DNA of 64,000 nt from Actinomycetota bacterium. Its GTDB lineage: Bacteria; Actinomycetota; Aquicultoria; Subteraquimicrobiales; Subteraquimicrobiaceae. The notes under the pieces are model-generated. The model saw only the letters and a list, made by a program, of their open reading frames with translations. It was not told the origin of the DNA and made no database searches. Made by a program: the position numbers and the translations under genes. Position 1 is the stretch's first letter; each line of letters starts with the position of its first letter. Below are positions 29,771 to 39,517 of the stretch, piece after piece. Location of the stretch: contig JASEGB010000001.1 in the NCBI GenBank assembly GCA_030018275.1, positions 4,380 to 68,379 on the forward strand. The letters run 5' to 3'.

Positions 29771-29810
29771 CTTTTTGGCGCTGATATTAACCGAAACTAC
29801 CACCCCGACC

Positions 29811-29873
29811 CGTTGTTCGTTGTTAGTTGTTGGTCGTTGGTTTAATTTCCTTGAACCTTGAACCTTGAACGCT
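29811..29873. repeat. Tandem heptads (cgttgtt x2, agttgtt, ggtcgtt ... gaacctt x2, gaacgct)
   Basis: Nine consecutive 7-nt units between the moaC start and the MOSC start. Confidence 0.8.
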
Positions 29874-30371
29874 TCATACCTCTCCCTCTCTAATGAAGGT
29901 GCCCGATTTACCACCCGTTTTCTTCACCAGCCTTATATCCGTCAGGGTGATCGCTCTGTCAACAGCTTTGCACATATCGTAAATGGTCAGTGCAGCGGCG
30001 GAAACGGCGACGAGAGCTTCCATCTCCACACCGGTTCTATCGCGAGTCTTGACCACGGCTTCGACCTCCACGGTAGAATCCTCATCATTCATGGAAAAGT
30101 CGATATCCACGGCGGTAATTTGAAGAGGATGACACATGGGAATGAGTTCCGACGTTCTCTTGGCAGCCATGATCCCCGCCACCTGGGCCACAGCTAGAAC
30201 ATCGCCCTTCCTTATGCCACCGGTTTTGATCAGCTTCAAAGTCTTTGGGGACATCTTAACCCGCCCCCTGGCTATGGCCTCTCGGACGGTGGGCTCCTTT
30301 TCACTTACATCGACCATCCTGGCTCTCCCATGCTCATCTATGTGCGTAAATTCCTTCATTTCATCCTCCAA
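29874..30371 (-). CDS. moaC: Cyclic pyranopterin monophosphate synthase accessory protein MoaC
   Basis: MoaC signature ([16 protein letters not shown]...MCHPL). Confidence 0.85.
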   Translation of the reverse strand: MEDEMKEFTHIDEHGRARMVDVSEKEPTVREAIARGRVKMSPKTLKLIKTGGIRKGDVLAVAQVAGIMAAKRTSELIPMCHPLQITAVDIDFSMNDEDSTVEVEAVVKTRDRTGVEMEALVAVSAAALTIYDMCKAVDRAITLTDIRLVKKTGGKSGTFIREGEV

Positions 30372-31335
30372 TCTGAGACATCCTACGCTTTAAACTCGCC
30401 TTTCGGATCGACATCCTATCCTTGGGCTTGTTAATAAGAGCTTCTCTTATTAACTCCATTATCCTTTGCTCAGATCCCTCACAAAGAACTTTCTTCACAT
30501 TTATCTCTTCCTCAGAGAAGAGACAGGTTCTCAATCTGCCATCGGCAGTCAGGCGAAGGCGATTGCATTTGGAACAAAAATGACCGCTAACGGGACTGAT
30601 GAAACCCAAGGTTCCCTGAGCTCCTTTAAATGTATAGTATCTGGCAGGGCCCGCCCCCAAGGGAGAAGACACCTCCTCTAATCCCCCAAAATTCTTGAGC
30701 TTTTCCATCATTTCCGCACAGGATACGAATCTATCCTCATAATTTAGCTCCTGGTTAAAGGGCATATATTCGATGAATCTTACATGAACCGGATACTCAA
30801 GGATGAGTTCAGCGAATTTTTTAAGATTTTCGTTTAGACCTCGCAAAACGACTACATTAATCTTTACCGGATCCAATCCCACTTCGAGAGCGGCATTCAT
30901 CCCTTCCAATGCTTTCCTGACATCGCCTCCCCGAGTTAGACGGCGATAGACCTCCGGTTCCAAAGAATCCAGGCTGATATTGATGCGCTTTAGCCCCGCA
31001 TCGACAAGAGCCTTAGCATAATCTTTGAGCAGGATGCCATTGGTGGTCAAGGACATGTCCTTGAGATCCGAAATTTGAGAGAGACGGTGCACCAAGTCTA
31101 CGACACCCCTGCGCACAAGGGGTTCTCCACCGGTGAGTCTTATCCTAGAAATACCCACCTTTACGGCACACTTGGCAAAAAGTTCAATTTCTTCGTAGGT
31201 GAGGATTTCGCTGTGGGGTTTTGGCTTAATTCCTTCCTTGGGCATACAGTAAACGCACCGCAAGTTACATCTATCGGTTATTGATACCCTCAAATAATCT
31301 ATTTTTCGCTTATAAGAATCGATTAGCTCAGGCAT
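30361..31335 (-). CDS. moaA: GTP 3',8-cyclase MoaA (radical SAM)
   Basis: CNLRCVYC radical SAM motif and C-terminal MoaA Cys cluster. Start placed at MPELID. Confidence 0.85.
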   Translation of the reverse strand: MPELIDSYKRKIDYLRVSITDRCNLRCVYCMPKEGIKPKPHSEILTYEEIELFAKCAVKVGISRIRLTGGEPLVRRGVVDLVHRLSQISDLKDMSLTTNGILLKDYAKALVDAGLKRINISLDSLEPEVYRRLTRGGDVRKALEGMNAALEVGLDPVKINVVVLRGLNENLKKFAELILEYPVHVRFIEYMPFNQELNYEDRFVSCAEMMEKLKNFGGLEEVSSPLGAGPARYYTFKGAQGTLGFISPVSGHFCSKCNRLRLTADGRLRTCLFSEEEINVKKVLCEGSEQRIMELIREALINKPKDRMSIRKASLKRRMSQIGG

Positions 31336-31420
31336 ATGACCCCACTTTCTGCCGCAGATACAGGTTGCAGGTCGCATGGCATGCCTTTCCTGCCACCTGC
31401 GACATGCTACCTGCGACGAG

Positions 31421-32692
31421 TTAGTGATCTTCCGGCATATCTATCAGATGAACCCTCACCCTCTCTCCCGCCTTCATTAAAGGTGCATCCTTTGGAATTA
31501 AGGCTAAACCGTTTGCCAAAGACATGGTCTTCAAAATCCCGGATCCTTGAGGACCCGCGCTGGTGGCATAGTACTCACCATTCTTGCGCTCCACACGAAC
31601 CCTTACGTAGTGCATCCTCCCGGGTTTCTTTTTGATATCCTGAGTTAGAACAGCCTCAATCTCGGGGCGGAAGAGCTTTGTTCTGCCCATCATCTTAAGG
31701 AGGGCGGGACGCACATATTCCTCAAAGCAAATCATCGAGGCTCCCGGGTTTCCGGGCAATCCAAAGACTGGTTTGCCTTTAAACATCCAAAAAGCTAGAG
31801 GCATGCCCGGTCTTTGAGCTACCCTCCAGAACTTGAGCTCCGCACCAAGATCCTCGAGTACATCTTTGACTATATCGTGCTCCCCCACGGATACTCCGGC
31901 GGTTGTTACGATCACATCGCAATGAAGAGCTTCTCTTAGCTTGGCACCGATGCTCTCCACGGTATCTCTAGCAATGCCCAACCTCACGGGTCTGGCTCCG
32001 CAGGCAATCACCTGAGCAGCCGTGGAATAACTATTGCTATCCCTTATCTTACCCATGGGAAGTGGCTCATCTATCTCCACCAGTTCATCTCCAGTACACA
32101 AAATCGCCACACTTGGGTGGGGCAGGACCATTACTTTGCTTTTACCCAAAGAGGCCAGGATTCCAATCTGGGAAGGACCGATCACCGTACCCGATCTTAT
32201 GACCGTTTCCCCCTTTCTTACATCCTCTCCGGCAAGGCGAATATCTTGACCTTCTTTGACCTCTTGTAGAATATATACCCACTCCCCGGAAGTTTGAGTA
32301 TCCTCCACTCTAATCACCGCGTCTGCACCTTTGGGTATGAGTGCTCCAGTCATAACCTTCACTGCAACGCCAGGGGTTACAACAATCTTGGTCACCCCTC
32401 CCGCTGGCTGATAGTCGACGATTTTGAGCCTCACGGGATTTTCCTTTGAAGCTCCTTTGGTATCACTGGCTTTAACGGCAAAACCATCCATTGCTGAGTT
32501 ATCAAAAGGTGGAATATCCATATCCGATACCACATCTTGGGCAAGGACGGAACCCAAGCTATCCAGGATATCCAATTCACATGGGGAAAGTGTTTTAACC
32601 TCATTTAAAACAATGGACTTTGCCTCTTCCGGACTTATCAATTCCATTACCCCCCTTTTAAACCCGTTGTTCGATGTTCGGCCTAAATCCAC
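31421..32692 (-). CDS. moeA: Molybdopterin molybdotransferase MoeA
   Basis: MoeA N-terminal, MoCF_biosynth and C-terminal domains. Confidence 0.85.
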   Translation of the reverse strand: MDLGRTSNNGFKRGVMELISPEEAKSIVLNEVKTLSPCELDILDSLGSVLAQDVVSDMDIPPFDNSAMDGFAVKASDTKGASKENPVRLKIVDYQPAGGVTKIVVTPGVAVKVMTGALIPKGADAVIRVEDTQTSGEWVYILQEVKEGQDIRLAGEDVRKGETVIRSGTVIGPSQIGILASLGKSKVMVLPHPSVAILCTGDELVEIDEPLPMGKIRDSNSYSTAAQVIACGARPVRLGIARDTVESIGAKLREALHCDVIVTTAGVSVGEHDIVKDVLEDLGAELKFWRVAQRPGMPLAFWMFKGKPVFGLPGNPGASMICFEEYVRPALLKMMGRTKLFRPEIEAVLTQDIKKKPGRMHYVRVRVERKNGEYYATSAGPQGSGILKTMSLANGLALIPKDAPLMKAGERVRVHLIDMPEDH

Positions 32693-32718
32693 AGAAAATT
32701 TAAAATGGAATTTTGAAT

Positions 32719-33813
32719 TTATTTTCTTATCACATGCACCGCTGTTGCCTTGAAACTAGCTACAACGGTTTGACCTTCTTTGATATCTAGCTCGTCTACA
32801 GATTGTTTGGTCACGAAGGAGACCAGGGGAAATCCACAATCCAAACGCACTTTGACGATCGCTCCCTGAGGTATAACCTTTTTTACAACACTCAAGAATC
32901 TGTTTCTAGCACTTGAAATCATATCTCGCCCCTCGTCCCTCGTCCCTTGAAGAGTCACCTCCTCCGGTCGAATACATAGAAGGACTCTTTCACCCACTGA
33001 AGACTCGCAAAGGACTTCCACTCTTCCCCCAGTAACCACAACATCAGCTAGACCATTTCTCTGCGAAACAACTGTTCCCGAAAGAATGGTCTCAACCCCA
33101 ACGAAGCCCGCAACTCTTTCATTTACAGGATAATTGAAGATTTCCTCAGGCGTTCCAATCTGGAGAATCTCACCTTTATCCATGACCGCCATTCGGTCAG
33201 CGAGCATCAGCGCCTCCGTTCGATCGTGGGTCACGTAAACCGTGGTCAATTTCATCCCCCTTATGACCCTCTCCAAATCCTCGCGGAGTGCTTCCTTAGT
33301 GGGAGGATCAAGAGAGGCGAAGGGCTCATCCAGGAAGAGGACTTGAGGCTCAAAAACTAAAGCTCGAGCAAGGGATACTCTCTGCGCTTCTCCCCCGGAA
33401 AGCCTCAAGGCATGGCGATCGGATAGATGGTGAATGTTGAACTTCATCAAAAGTCGATTGACCCTTTCCTCGATCTTCATTTTTGGATACTTCCTTACCC
33501 TCAAGCCATAGGCCACGTTTTCGAAGACGGTCCCGTTGAAGAGGAGGGGTTCCTGGAAGACCATGACCATTCTTCTCCTTAAGAACAGCTTATCAGTGGA
33601 AGGTTCGATAACCATTCCCCGGAAAATGATCTCCCCGTGAGATGGTCTTTCCAACAAATTCAATATCCTAAGCAGCGTGCTCTTCCCGGCACCATTGGGA
33701 CCAATGATGGCAAAAATCTCCCCCCGATAAATCTTTAAGTTCTCGATGGACAGGACTCGCTTGCCATCATACTCATGTATTAGGTTTCTTACCTCCAGGT
33801 ACGGATGATCCAT
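32719..33813 (-). CDS. Tungstate/molybdate ABC transporter ATP-binding protein with tandem TOBE/MOP C-terminus
   Basis: Walker A GPNGAGKST, LSGGEAQRVSLARAL, and two C-terminal TOBE half-domains. The linker contains in-frame CGTCCCT heptads (RDEGRD). Confidence 0.8.
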   Translation of the reverse strand: MDHPYLEVRNLIHEYDGKRVLSIENLKIYRGEIFAIIGPNGAGKSTLLRILNLLERPSHGEIIFRGMVIEPSTDKLFLRRRMVMVFQEPLLFNGTVFENVAYGLRVRKYPKMKIEERVNRLLMKFNIHHLSDRHALRLSGGEAQRVSLARALVFEPQVLFLDEPFASLDPPTKEALREDLERVIRGMKLTTVYVTHDRTEALMLADRMAVMDKGEILQIGTPEEIFNYPVNERVAGFVGVETILSGTVVSQRNGLADVVVTGGRVEVLCESSVGERVLLCIRPEEVTLQGTRDEGRDMISSARNRFLSVVKKVIPQGAIVKVRLDCGFPLVSFVTKQSVDELDIKEGQTVVASFKATAVHVIRK

Positions 33814-34526
33814 GGAGCAGCTCCCTTTTGCTGGATATCTGTGAGAATCAGGTTTACGATGAAGGCCAGGACCAAAAGAATCACACTTAAGGCTATGGCG
33901 ATATCAAAATGTCCCATCCTAGTCTCCATTACCGTTGCCGTGGTCAGGACCCTTGTTTGACCCTTTATATTGCCTCCCACCATCATCACCGCTCCCACTT
34001 CGGAGATAACTCCGCCAAAACCAGCCATGATCGCAGCCAAAGTGGGAAGGCGAGCCTCCTTGATGAGAGTCATGAGCATCTGCACGCGAGATGCTCCCAG
34101 GGATAAAGCCTGTAATCTCAACTTCGGATCGAGCTGCTGGATGGCGGCGATCGTCAGGCCAGCCACAATTGGTGCGGCGATGAGTACTTGGGCGATGACC
34201 ATAGCTGTTGGGGTATAGAGTATTCCAAAAAATCCCAGTGGTCCACTCCGCCAGAGAAACATGCACACGAAGAGACCGGCCACCACGGGTGGAAGACCCA
34301 TGCCCGTGTTAATGGCGGCAACCAAAATTCTCCTCCCTGGGAATGATGTGAGGGCGAGTGACATTCCCAACGGGATGCCCAGAAGCATGGAGATCAAAAC
34401 CGCACCACCTGAGATCTTTAGGGAAAGGAGAGCGATTTGTATAACCTCTCGATCTCCGGTGATCAGGAGTAGAACCGCTTTTTTTATGCCTTCCCAGATT
34501 AGTTCCATCTCACGCCTCCATTTCAA
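33789..34526 (-). CDS. Tungstate/molybdate ABC transporter permease
   Basis: ModB/TupB-type permease with EAA-like loop. Confidence 0.75.
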   Translation of the reverse strand: MKWRREMELIWEGIKKAVLLLITGDREVIQIALLSLKISGGAVLISMLLGIPLGMSLALTSFPGRRILVAAINTGMGLPPVVAGLFVCMFLWRSGPLGFFGILYTPTAMVIAQVLIAAPIVAGLTIAAIQQLDPKLRLQALSLGASRVQMLMTLIKEARLPTLAAIMAGFGGVISEVGAVMMVGGNIKGQTRVLTTATVMETRMGHFDIAIALSVILLVLAFIVNLILTDIQQKGAAPWIIRTWR

Positions 34527-35342
34527 CTATTTAGTCTTTGCTCGCCACTCTCGCGAGTTTGGAGTAAATAAGGGTTGCCTATATTTTTCCTTACCGAAAT
34601 CTCCAATGATCCTTTGGGTCTCAACCGAGGTTATCCATTTAATAAACTTCGTGGCTAAATTGTAGTTTACCTTGGGAAATCTCTTTGGATTTACGGCGAT
34701 CACCCCATAGGGATTGAATAGAACCCTGTCGCCTTCGACCAGAATGGTGAGGTTTATGCTTTCCTTAAGCGAAAGATAGGTTCCCCTGTCCGCAAGGGTA
34801 TAAGCTCCCTTTTCGTCGGCAACTCGGAGGGTTTCAGCCATGCCCTGGCCCGTCGAGATATAGCAATCGCTGGGAGGTCGAATTTTAGCCTTTTCCCAGA
34901 GTTTTTTCTCTTTCTTGTGAGTTCCAGAGTCATCGCCTCGAGAAACAAAGAGAGCTTTCTCAAGAACGATCCGTCTTAGGGCACCAGGGGCATCCATGCC
35001 TTTAATTCCAGCGGGATCGGGAGCCGGTCCAACGATGACAAAATCGTTGTACATGACATCTCTCCGGTTTACCCCATATCCTTGGGCGACGAACTTCTCC
35101 TCGGCTTCACGGGAATGTACCAATAAGACATCGGCCTCACCCCTCTCGCCCATGGCAATGGCTTCACCGGTTCCCACGGCAATGGTTTTGACCCTTGCAT
35201 TGTACTTCTTCTCAAAAATGGGGAGAATTTCGTCTAAAAGTCCGGTGTCATGGGTGCTAGTGGTAGTGGCCAGGATTAAAACCCGTTTCTCCGATTTACA
35301 TCCCAATAATAGGAAGAAGATTAGCATCAAAATAATTAGCAT
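34527..35342 (-). CDS. Tungstate/molybdate ABC transporter substrate-binding lipoprotein (TupA/WtpA-like)
   Basis: TTTSTHDTGLLD anion-binding motif characteristic of TupA/WtpA/ModA. Lipobox LLLGC. Start placed at MLIILML. Confidence 0.7.
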   Translation of the reverse strand: MLIILMLIFFLLLGCKSEKRVLILATTTSTHDTGLLDEILPIFEKKYNARVKTIAVGTGEAIAMGERGEADVLLVHSREAEEKFVAQGYGVNRRDVMYNDFVIVGPAPDPAGIKGMDAPGALRRIVLEKALFVSRGDDSGTHKKEKKLWEKAKIRPPSDCYISTGQGMAETLRVADEKGAYTLADRGTYLSLKESINLTILVEGDRVLFNPYGVIAVNPKRFPKVNYNLATKFIKWITSVETQRIIGDFGKEKYRQPLFTPNSREWRAKTK

Positions 35343-35419
35343 CCCTGATTTTTTAAACTTCACATCAATCCTTCGCAAACTCGTCACCCATCCGCCTATC
35401 AACCTATCCACCCATCGAC

Positions 35420-35599
35420 CTAAAAGCATCCAAGCTCGCAGCCGTAAATTTTGATCCCTAGATGGTTTGCAACTCGGCCCACCTCCAGGGGAGAGACTTT
35501 CAACTTTTCAGCCAGCTTACGGGCCTGGGGACAGGAAATTTTGCCCTCCTTTGCCTCCGCTTTCACTGCCTTGAGAATCTCTCCAGATACACCGCACAT
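35420..35599 (-). CDS. Small Cys-containing protein (59 aa, hypothetical; first gene of the tup-moa operon)
   Basis: Frame reads MCGVSGEILKAVKAEAKEGKISCPQARKLAEKLKVSPLEVGRVANHLGIKIYGCELGCF. Four Cys. Below the track size cut-off. Confidence 0.35.
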   Translation of the reverse strand: MCGVSGEILKAVKAEAKEGKISCPQARKLAEKLKVSPLEVGRVANHLGIKIYGCELGCF

Positions 35600-35689
35600 A
35601 GCTCTACGATACCTCCAAAGTCATTATTGGTTATTGGGTGATTGGGTGATTGGGAAATCTTTTCTCAACCATTAACCCATCCGCCTATA

Positions 35690-35735
35690 ACCTAAAAAAG
35701 CACCGCCTCCACGCATATGGATACGGTGCCTTAAA
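35690..35735 (-). terminator. Hairpin plus U-tract (riboswitch expression platform / tatA terminator)
   Basis: Minus-strand aaggcaccg...cggtgcttttttagg. Confidence 0.4.
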
Positions 35736-35739
35736 TTTC

Positions 35740-35870
35740 AAACACTCTCCTTTCCAAACACGGGAGGCCCAGACGTTTCCATCTAAACCCTATCGGTCAT
35801 CCCCCATAGGCTAAAGCCCTTAGGAAAAATGACTCGGAGATAGCATATATAATTTACCTATATAATATTC
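35740..35870 (-). ncRNA. Candidate Moco (molybdenum cofactor) riboswitch
   Basis: In the 5' leader of a tungstate-transport/Moco-biosynthesis operon. Contains GGGCCUCCCG...GGAAAGGAGAG elements recalled from the Moco RNA motif. Needs a covariance-model check. Confidence 0.3.
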
Positions 35871-35907
35871 GCTAAAATTTCTCTTTTTCCTGCTTAAAAT
35901 CGCAAAT

Positions 35908-36150
35908 TTATTTCTCTTCTTCGCTCTCCTCTTTTTCCTCGACTTTTTCTTTACTCTTGGCCTTTTCTGTTTCCTCTTCGCCCTTACTTTCAGATGCTCT
36001 TCTGAGTTCACGTAGACCCGATCCTATGGCCTTACCGAGTTCTGGCAACTTGCGGGGGCCAAAGATTATTAAAACGATTACCAGAATGATTATGAGCTCC
36101 GTTGGTCCGAGCCCGAAAACATAAGCGGTCCATAACAAACCATCTAACAT
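35908..36150 (-). CDS. tatA: Twin-arginine translocase subunit TatA/E
   Basis: TM helix plus the amphipathic helix FGPRKLPELGKAIGSGLRELRRA. Confidence 0.85.
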   Translation of the reverse strand: MLDGLLWTAYVFGLGPTELIIILVIVLIIFGPRKLPELGKAIGSGLRELRRASESKGEEETEKAKSKEKVEEKEESEEEK

Positions 36151-36273
36151 TTACACCACGCCTTTTATTCAAATTTTCTTTAGTTTATCATAATTATACC
36201 CACAAGCCAATCTCATTAGAAATTCAACCCTAAATCTATAAAATTCCTGCAAAATCGATGGTCTTTTGGATCT

Positions 36274-36792
36274 CTATCTTGAGGGACTCGCCAGTAGCTC
36301 CCTCTCGATGAGATCGGCTAAACCCTTTACATCATTCATGTCGAAGTGTGGAACCTCCTTATAAAGCTCGGGAACTGGGGGGCTCAGGGGCTCGGTTTCT
36401 ACCACGGCGAGTAGTTCTTGGGAAGAACATAGGAGTTCACCTTGGTGAGATCGGTAGACCTCTATCTTGGGTTTATCTTCCCTCTTATACCCCTCGGTGA
36501 TGATGAGATCCGCATCCCCCGCAAACTTCCCCGAGATCTCGTCCAAGGAAAGTTCCCGATCCACCTTCTTTATCACGGCCACCTTGTGAAGAGAGGAAAT
36601 GACCACGGTATCCGCTCCAGCCCGAGCATGTCGCCAGGAATCCTTCCCCGGATGATCGATGTCGAAATCGTGGACATCATGCTTTATGGTAGCTATTTTA
36701 TATCCCCGCCTTTTAAGCTCGGGAATGAGTTTTTCAATCAAGGTGGTCTTACCGCTATGCGATTTACCAACCACTGAGATTATTGGAACCAC
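36274..36792 (-). CDS. mobB: Molybdopterin-guanine dinucleotide biosynthesis adapter MobB
   Basis: P-loop VVGKSHSGKTTL. MobB family. Confidence 0.8.
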   Translation of the reverse strand: MVPIISVVGKSHSGKTTLIEKLIPELKRRGYKIATIKHDVHDFDIDHPGKDSWRHARAGADTVVISSLHKVAVIKKVDRELSLDEISGKFAGDADLIITEGYKREDKPKIEVYRSHQGELLCSSQELLAVVETEPLSPPVPELYKEVPHFDMNDVKGLADLIERELLASPSR

Positions 36793-36880
36793 CTAATTCA
36801 GAGAGAAGTCTAGGGGATAAGTCTAGAGGGAAAACAACATTCTTTTCCTCTCTAGACTCTAGACTCATCCCTTATCCCTC

Positions 36881-37618
36881 CTACATTATTATTCTCTCGG
36901 GATGGGAATAGATTTTCATCTTTCCCGCTCTGACATAGCCAATTATGGTTACTCCCAGCTTCTCGCCGATTTCCACGGATAAATCGGTGGGGGAACTACG
37001 GGAGACAACTAAGGGTATCCTTGCCTTTGCTGCCTTTAACAACATCTCTGAGGAGATTCTTCCCGTGCTGAACATCATTTTGTCCTCAGTTTGAATTTGA
37101 TTCAGGAAGCACTCCCCCAAAATCTTGTCAAAGGTATTATGTCGACCGATATCCTCACTGAAGGAAAGGATGCCATCTTTATCACACAAAGCCGAGCAAT
37201 GGATACCTCCTGATTGGCGATAAAGTTCCGCCCCGCCAAGCATATCCTTCATCAGATTTAAGATGGTGTCCTTGGATACCTTGAGCCTTGATTCTATTTT
37301 CACCGTTTTAATATCGGATAAGCTGGTAAAGGTGAATCCTCTTCCGCAACCGGAGGTTAAAAACCTTTTATGGAACAATTTTTCCAGCAATGTCTTCTTT
37401 TTGGTTTCCACCCAGACTATACCCTTATTTTGATCAACCGTGGTTTGTTTCAAATCTCCTATATCCTTTAGAATTCCCTCGGCATATAGGAAACCTACAG
37501 CTAGTTCCCTCAATTTACCGGGCGTAGCCATAACCGTGACTAATTGCTCGTCATTGAGGAAAATGGTTATCGGCTTCTCCGCGGGAAGTGCCGCCTGCGA
37601 CTTTTTGACCTTGGTCAT
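36881..37618 (-). CDS. fdhD: Formate dehydrogenase accessory sulfurtransferase FdhD
   Basis: FdhD signature including SGCGRG and the catalytic Cys region IHCSALCD. Confidence 0.8.
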   Translation of the reverse strand: MTKVKKSQAALPAEKPITIFLNDEQLVTVMATPGKLRELAVGFLYAEGILKDIGDLKQTTVDQNKGIVWVETKKKTLLEKLFHKRFLTSGCGRGFTFTSLSDIKTVKIESRLKVSKDTILNLMKDMLGGAELYRQSGGIHCSALCDKDGILSFSEDIGRHNTFDKILGECFLNQIQTEDKMMFSTGRISSEMLLKAAKARIPLVVSRSSPTDLSVEIGEKLGVTIIGYVRAGKMKIYSHPERIIM

Positions 37619-38262
37619 CGATCTCCCTCAAATCGTCTGGATTTCGCCTTCCTACAGATGCGCCTGGCCAATTCCAAATCCTGGAAGGTATTTACATTAA
37701 AAAAGGATAGGAATTGCGGATCGAATCTTTTCACCTGCTCTACATGTATATATTTTACCCGAACATCATCGAAAAAAGAAATGATTCTAAAATCTTTCTG
37801 GCCAAGCCTTTCTTGGATGGGAGCAATACAATTAGTGGAATAAATGGCATGAAGTGGTTCCAACCCTTTAGGAGAATAGGGTATTATAATATCTACCCCA
37901 TTCGTTTCTTTCTCCAAAAACCTCATCAATCCCAAATTCAGGAACGGCATATCACAGGCGACTACAAAATTATAGAAGCTTTGAGATGACCGCAGACCGG
38001 CCAGGATACCACCGAGGGGACCTTGATAGGGAATTTCATCCTGAATTATCTGAAAATCCCGGCTAAAATTCCCAATGTGGTAAGCTTGGGGAGTGTTGGT
38101 GACAACGATGATTTCCCCGCATACGCAGGATAATTTGTCCAAAACATGCTCGAAGAGAGCCTTTGAACCTATTTTTAGAAACGATTTATCCTTTCCGATT
38201 CTTGAACTTCTTCCCCCTCCCAGGATAATCCCAGTGATCCCCACCACTCTCCTTGTATACAT
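37615..38262 (-). CDS. mobA: Molybdenum cofactor guanylyltransferase MobA
   Basis: GIILGGGRSSRIG nucleotide-binding motif. The track N-terminal extension is repeat-derived. Confidence 0.8.
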   Translation of the reverse strand: MYTRRVVGITGIILGGGRSSRIGKDKSFLKIGSKALFEHVLDKLSCVCGEIIVVTNTPQAYHIGNFSRDFQIIQDEIPYQGPLGGILAGLRSSQSFYNFVVACDMPFLNLGLMRFLEKETNGVDIIIPYSPKGLEPLHAIYSTNCIAPIQERLGQKDFRIISFFDDVRVKYIHVEQVKRFDPQFLSFFNVNTFQDLELARRICRKAKSRRFEGDR

Positions 38263-38300
38263 ATTTAACCCTGGGCATAATTCGTTCACAGAGTTATTGT

Positions 38301-38335
38301 CATTTTGCACTTTGCACTTTGAATTTTGAATTTAA
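38301..38335. repeat. Heptads attttgc actttgc actttga attttga atttaag upstream of mobA
   Basis: Direct reading. Confidence 0.7.
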
Positions 38336-38461
38336 GATGAGCTTAATTGAGATTTATGTCTAGCATATATGCATATTATAAAGACCTTGAACGCTGGACT
38401 TCTGGAAGTTTCTTTACATCTATTTTACCAGGTGTTAGGCATAAGGGACAACGACCATTGA

Positions 38462-39361
38462 CTAATCCTTGGGGATAATGTATTGGGCTACGGGCGTATA
38501 ACCCTGCTCTTTGGCAAAGGTATCCAAATGGACCCCAGCGACATCTTCAATCTCAAGAATCACCTTTCGTTGTAACTCTCGTTCGTCGGAGGTCTTTATG
38601 TACCTCTTGCACATCTCACATACATCCGCGCGATGTCCCCTGTCGCCTTCGGAATAAAAATATTGAAGGGATTCATGATCGCTATTTCCGCAGAAGGGAC
38701 ACTTAACTCTCAAGAAGCACCACTGAGTTCGACAGAGAGAACATTGCAAAAGTCTTAAACCATCTTCCTCTCGAAACTTTGCAATCAGAGGTTTGCGCCC
38801 GCAAATGGGACAAAAACCCTGCCGCCAAAGGGCATAATCGATTTTATCCCGAACCTCCCTGGCATGCCTTTCATAAAAGGGAATGAGCGCATTTTGAACT
38901 AAAAAGAATAGGATATCCATGTTTAGCTTTACCTTCTTTGAAAATTCCATCAAATATGGGATATTCGTTTGCTTCAAGTTCCTAATGAAATCGCTCATTT
39001 TTTCGGGCTTAAGCTCTTCAGAGGAAAGGAGTTTGCTAAACTTTCCCTTAAACTTGCTTTTAGCCTTGATGACCTCGCACAATTCTTCCAGTAATTGTCG
39101 GAATAGGGTGGAGTCAATGATGATGTCTTCATCCCTGAAAAGGAATCTCCCCTCCTTAAGTCTCGCTCTAATCCCCCCTTCACCGAGATAAACCTGGGGC
39201 TCAATTAGTGATATATATTTCCGCTGAACCTCGAATATTGCCTGGTAAAAATGGACCAAACCGCTTAAGCCAGGATTTCGTTTTTTATAGTACTCTATCT
39301 CTCTTCCCATCTCGTTTGGGGAAATATCCCCTTGCTTCAAATGGATTTGAATTTGACTCAT
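38462..39361 (-). CDS. fdhE: Formate dehydrogenase accessory protein FdhE
   Basis: Paired CxxC rubredoxin-like motifs (CPICG...CSLC...CPFCG) typical of FdhE. Confidence 0.75.
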   Translation of the reverse strand: MSQIQIHLKQGDISPNEMGREIEYYKKRNPGLSGLVHFYQAIFEVQRKYISLIEPQVYLGEGGIRARLKEGRFLFRDEDIIIDSTLFRQLLEELCEVIKAKSKFKGKFSKLLSSEELKPEKMSDFIRNLKQTNIPYLMEFSKKVKLNMDILFFLVQNALIPFYERHAREVRDKIDYALWRQGFCPICGRKPLIAKFREEDGLRLLQCSLCRTQWCFLRVKCPFCGNSDHESLQYFYSEGDRGHRADVCEMCKRYIKTSDERELQRKVILEIEDVAGVHLDTFAKEQGYTPVAQYIIPKD

Positions 39362-39517
39362 CTCCTTCCCTAAAATCTTTATACAAATATGAATTCTAGC
39401 TTGGGTTTTCGAATCCTTTAAATAACACCAAAGCCTCTGTGGAAGCTCGGAGTTTGGAATTTAAAAAAATGGGCACCCATCCACAAAGAACGGGTGTCCA
39501 TTTTTCTGAATCAAAAA

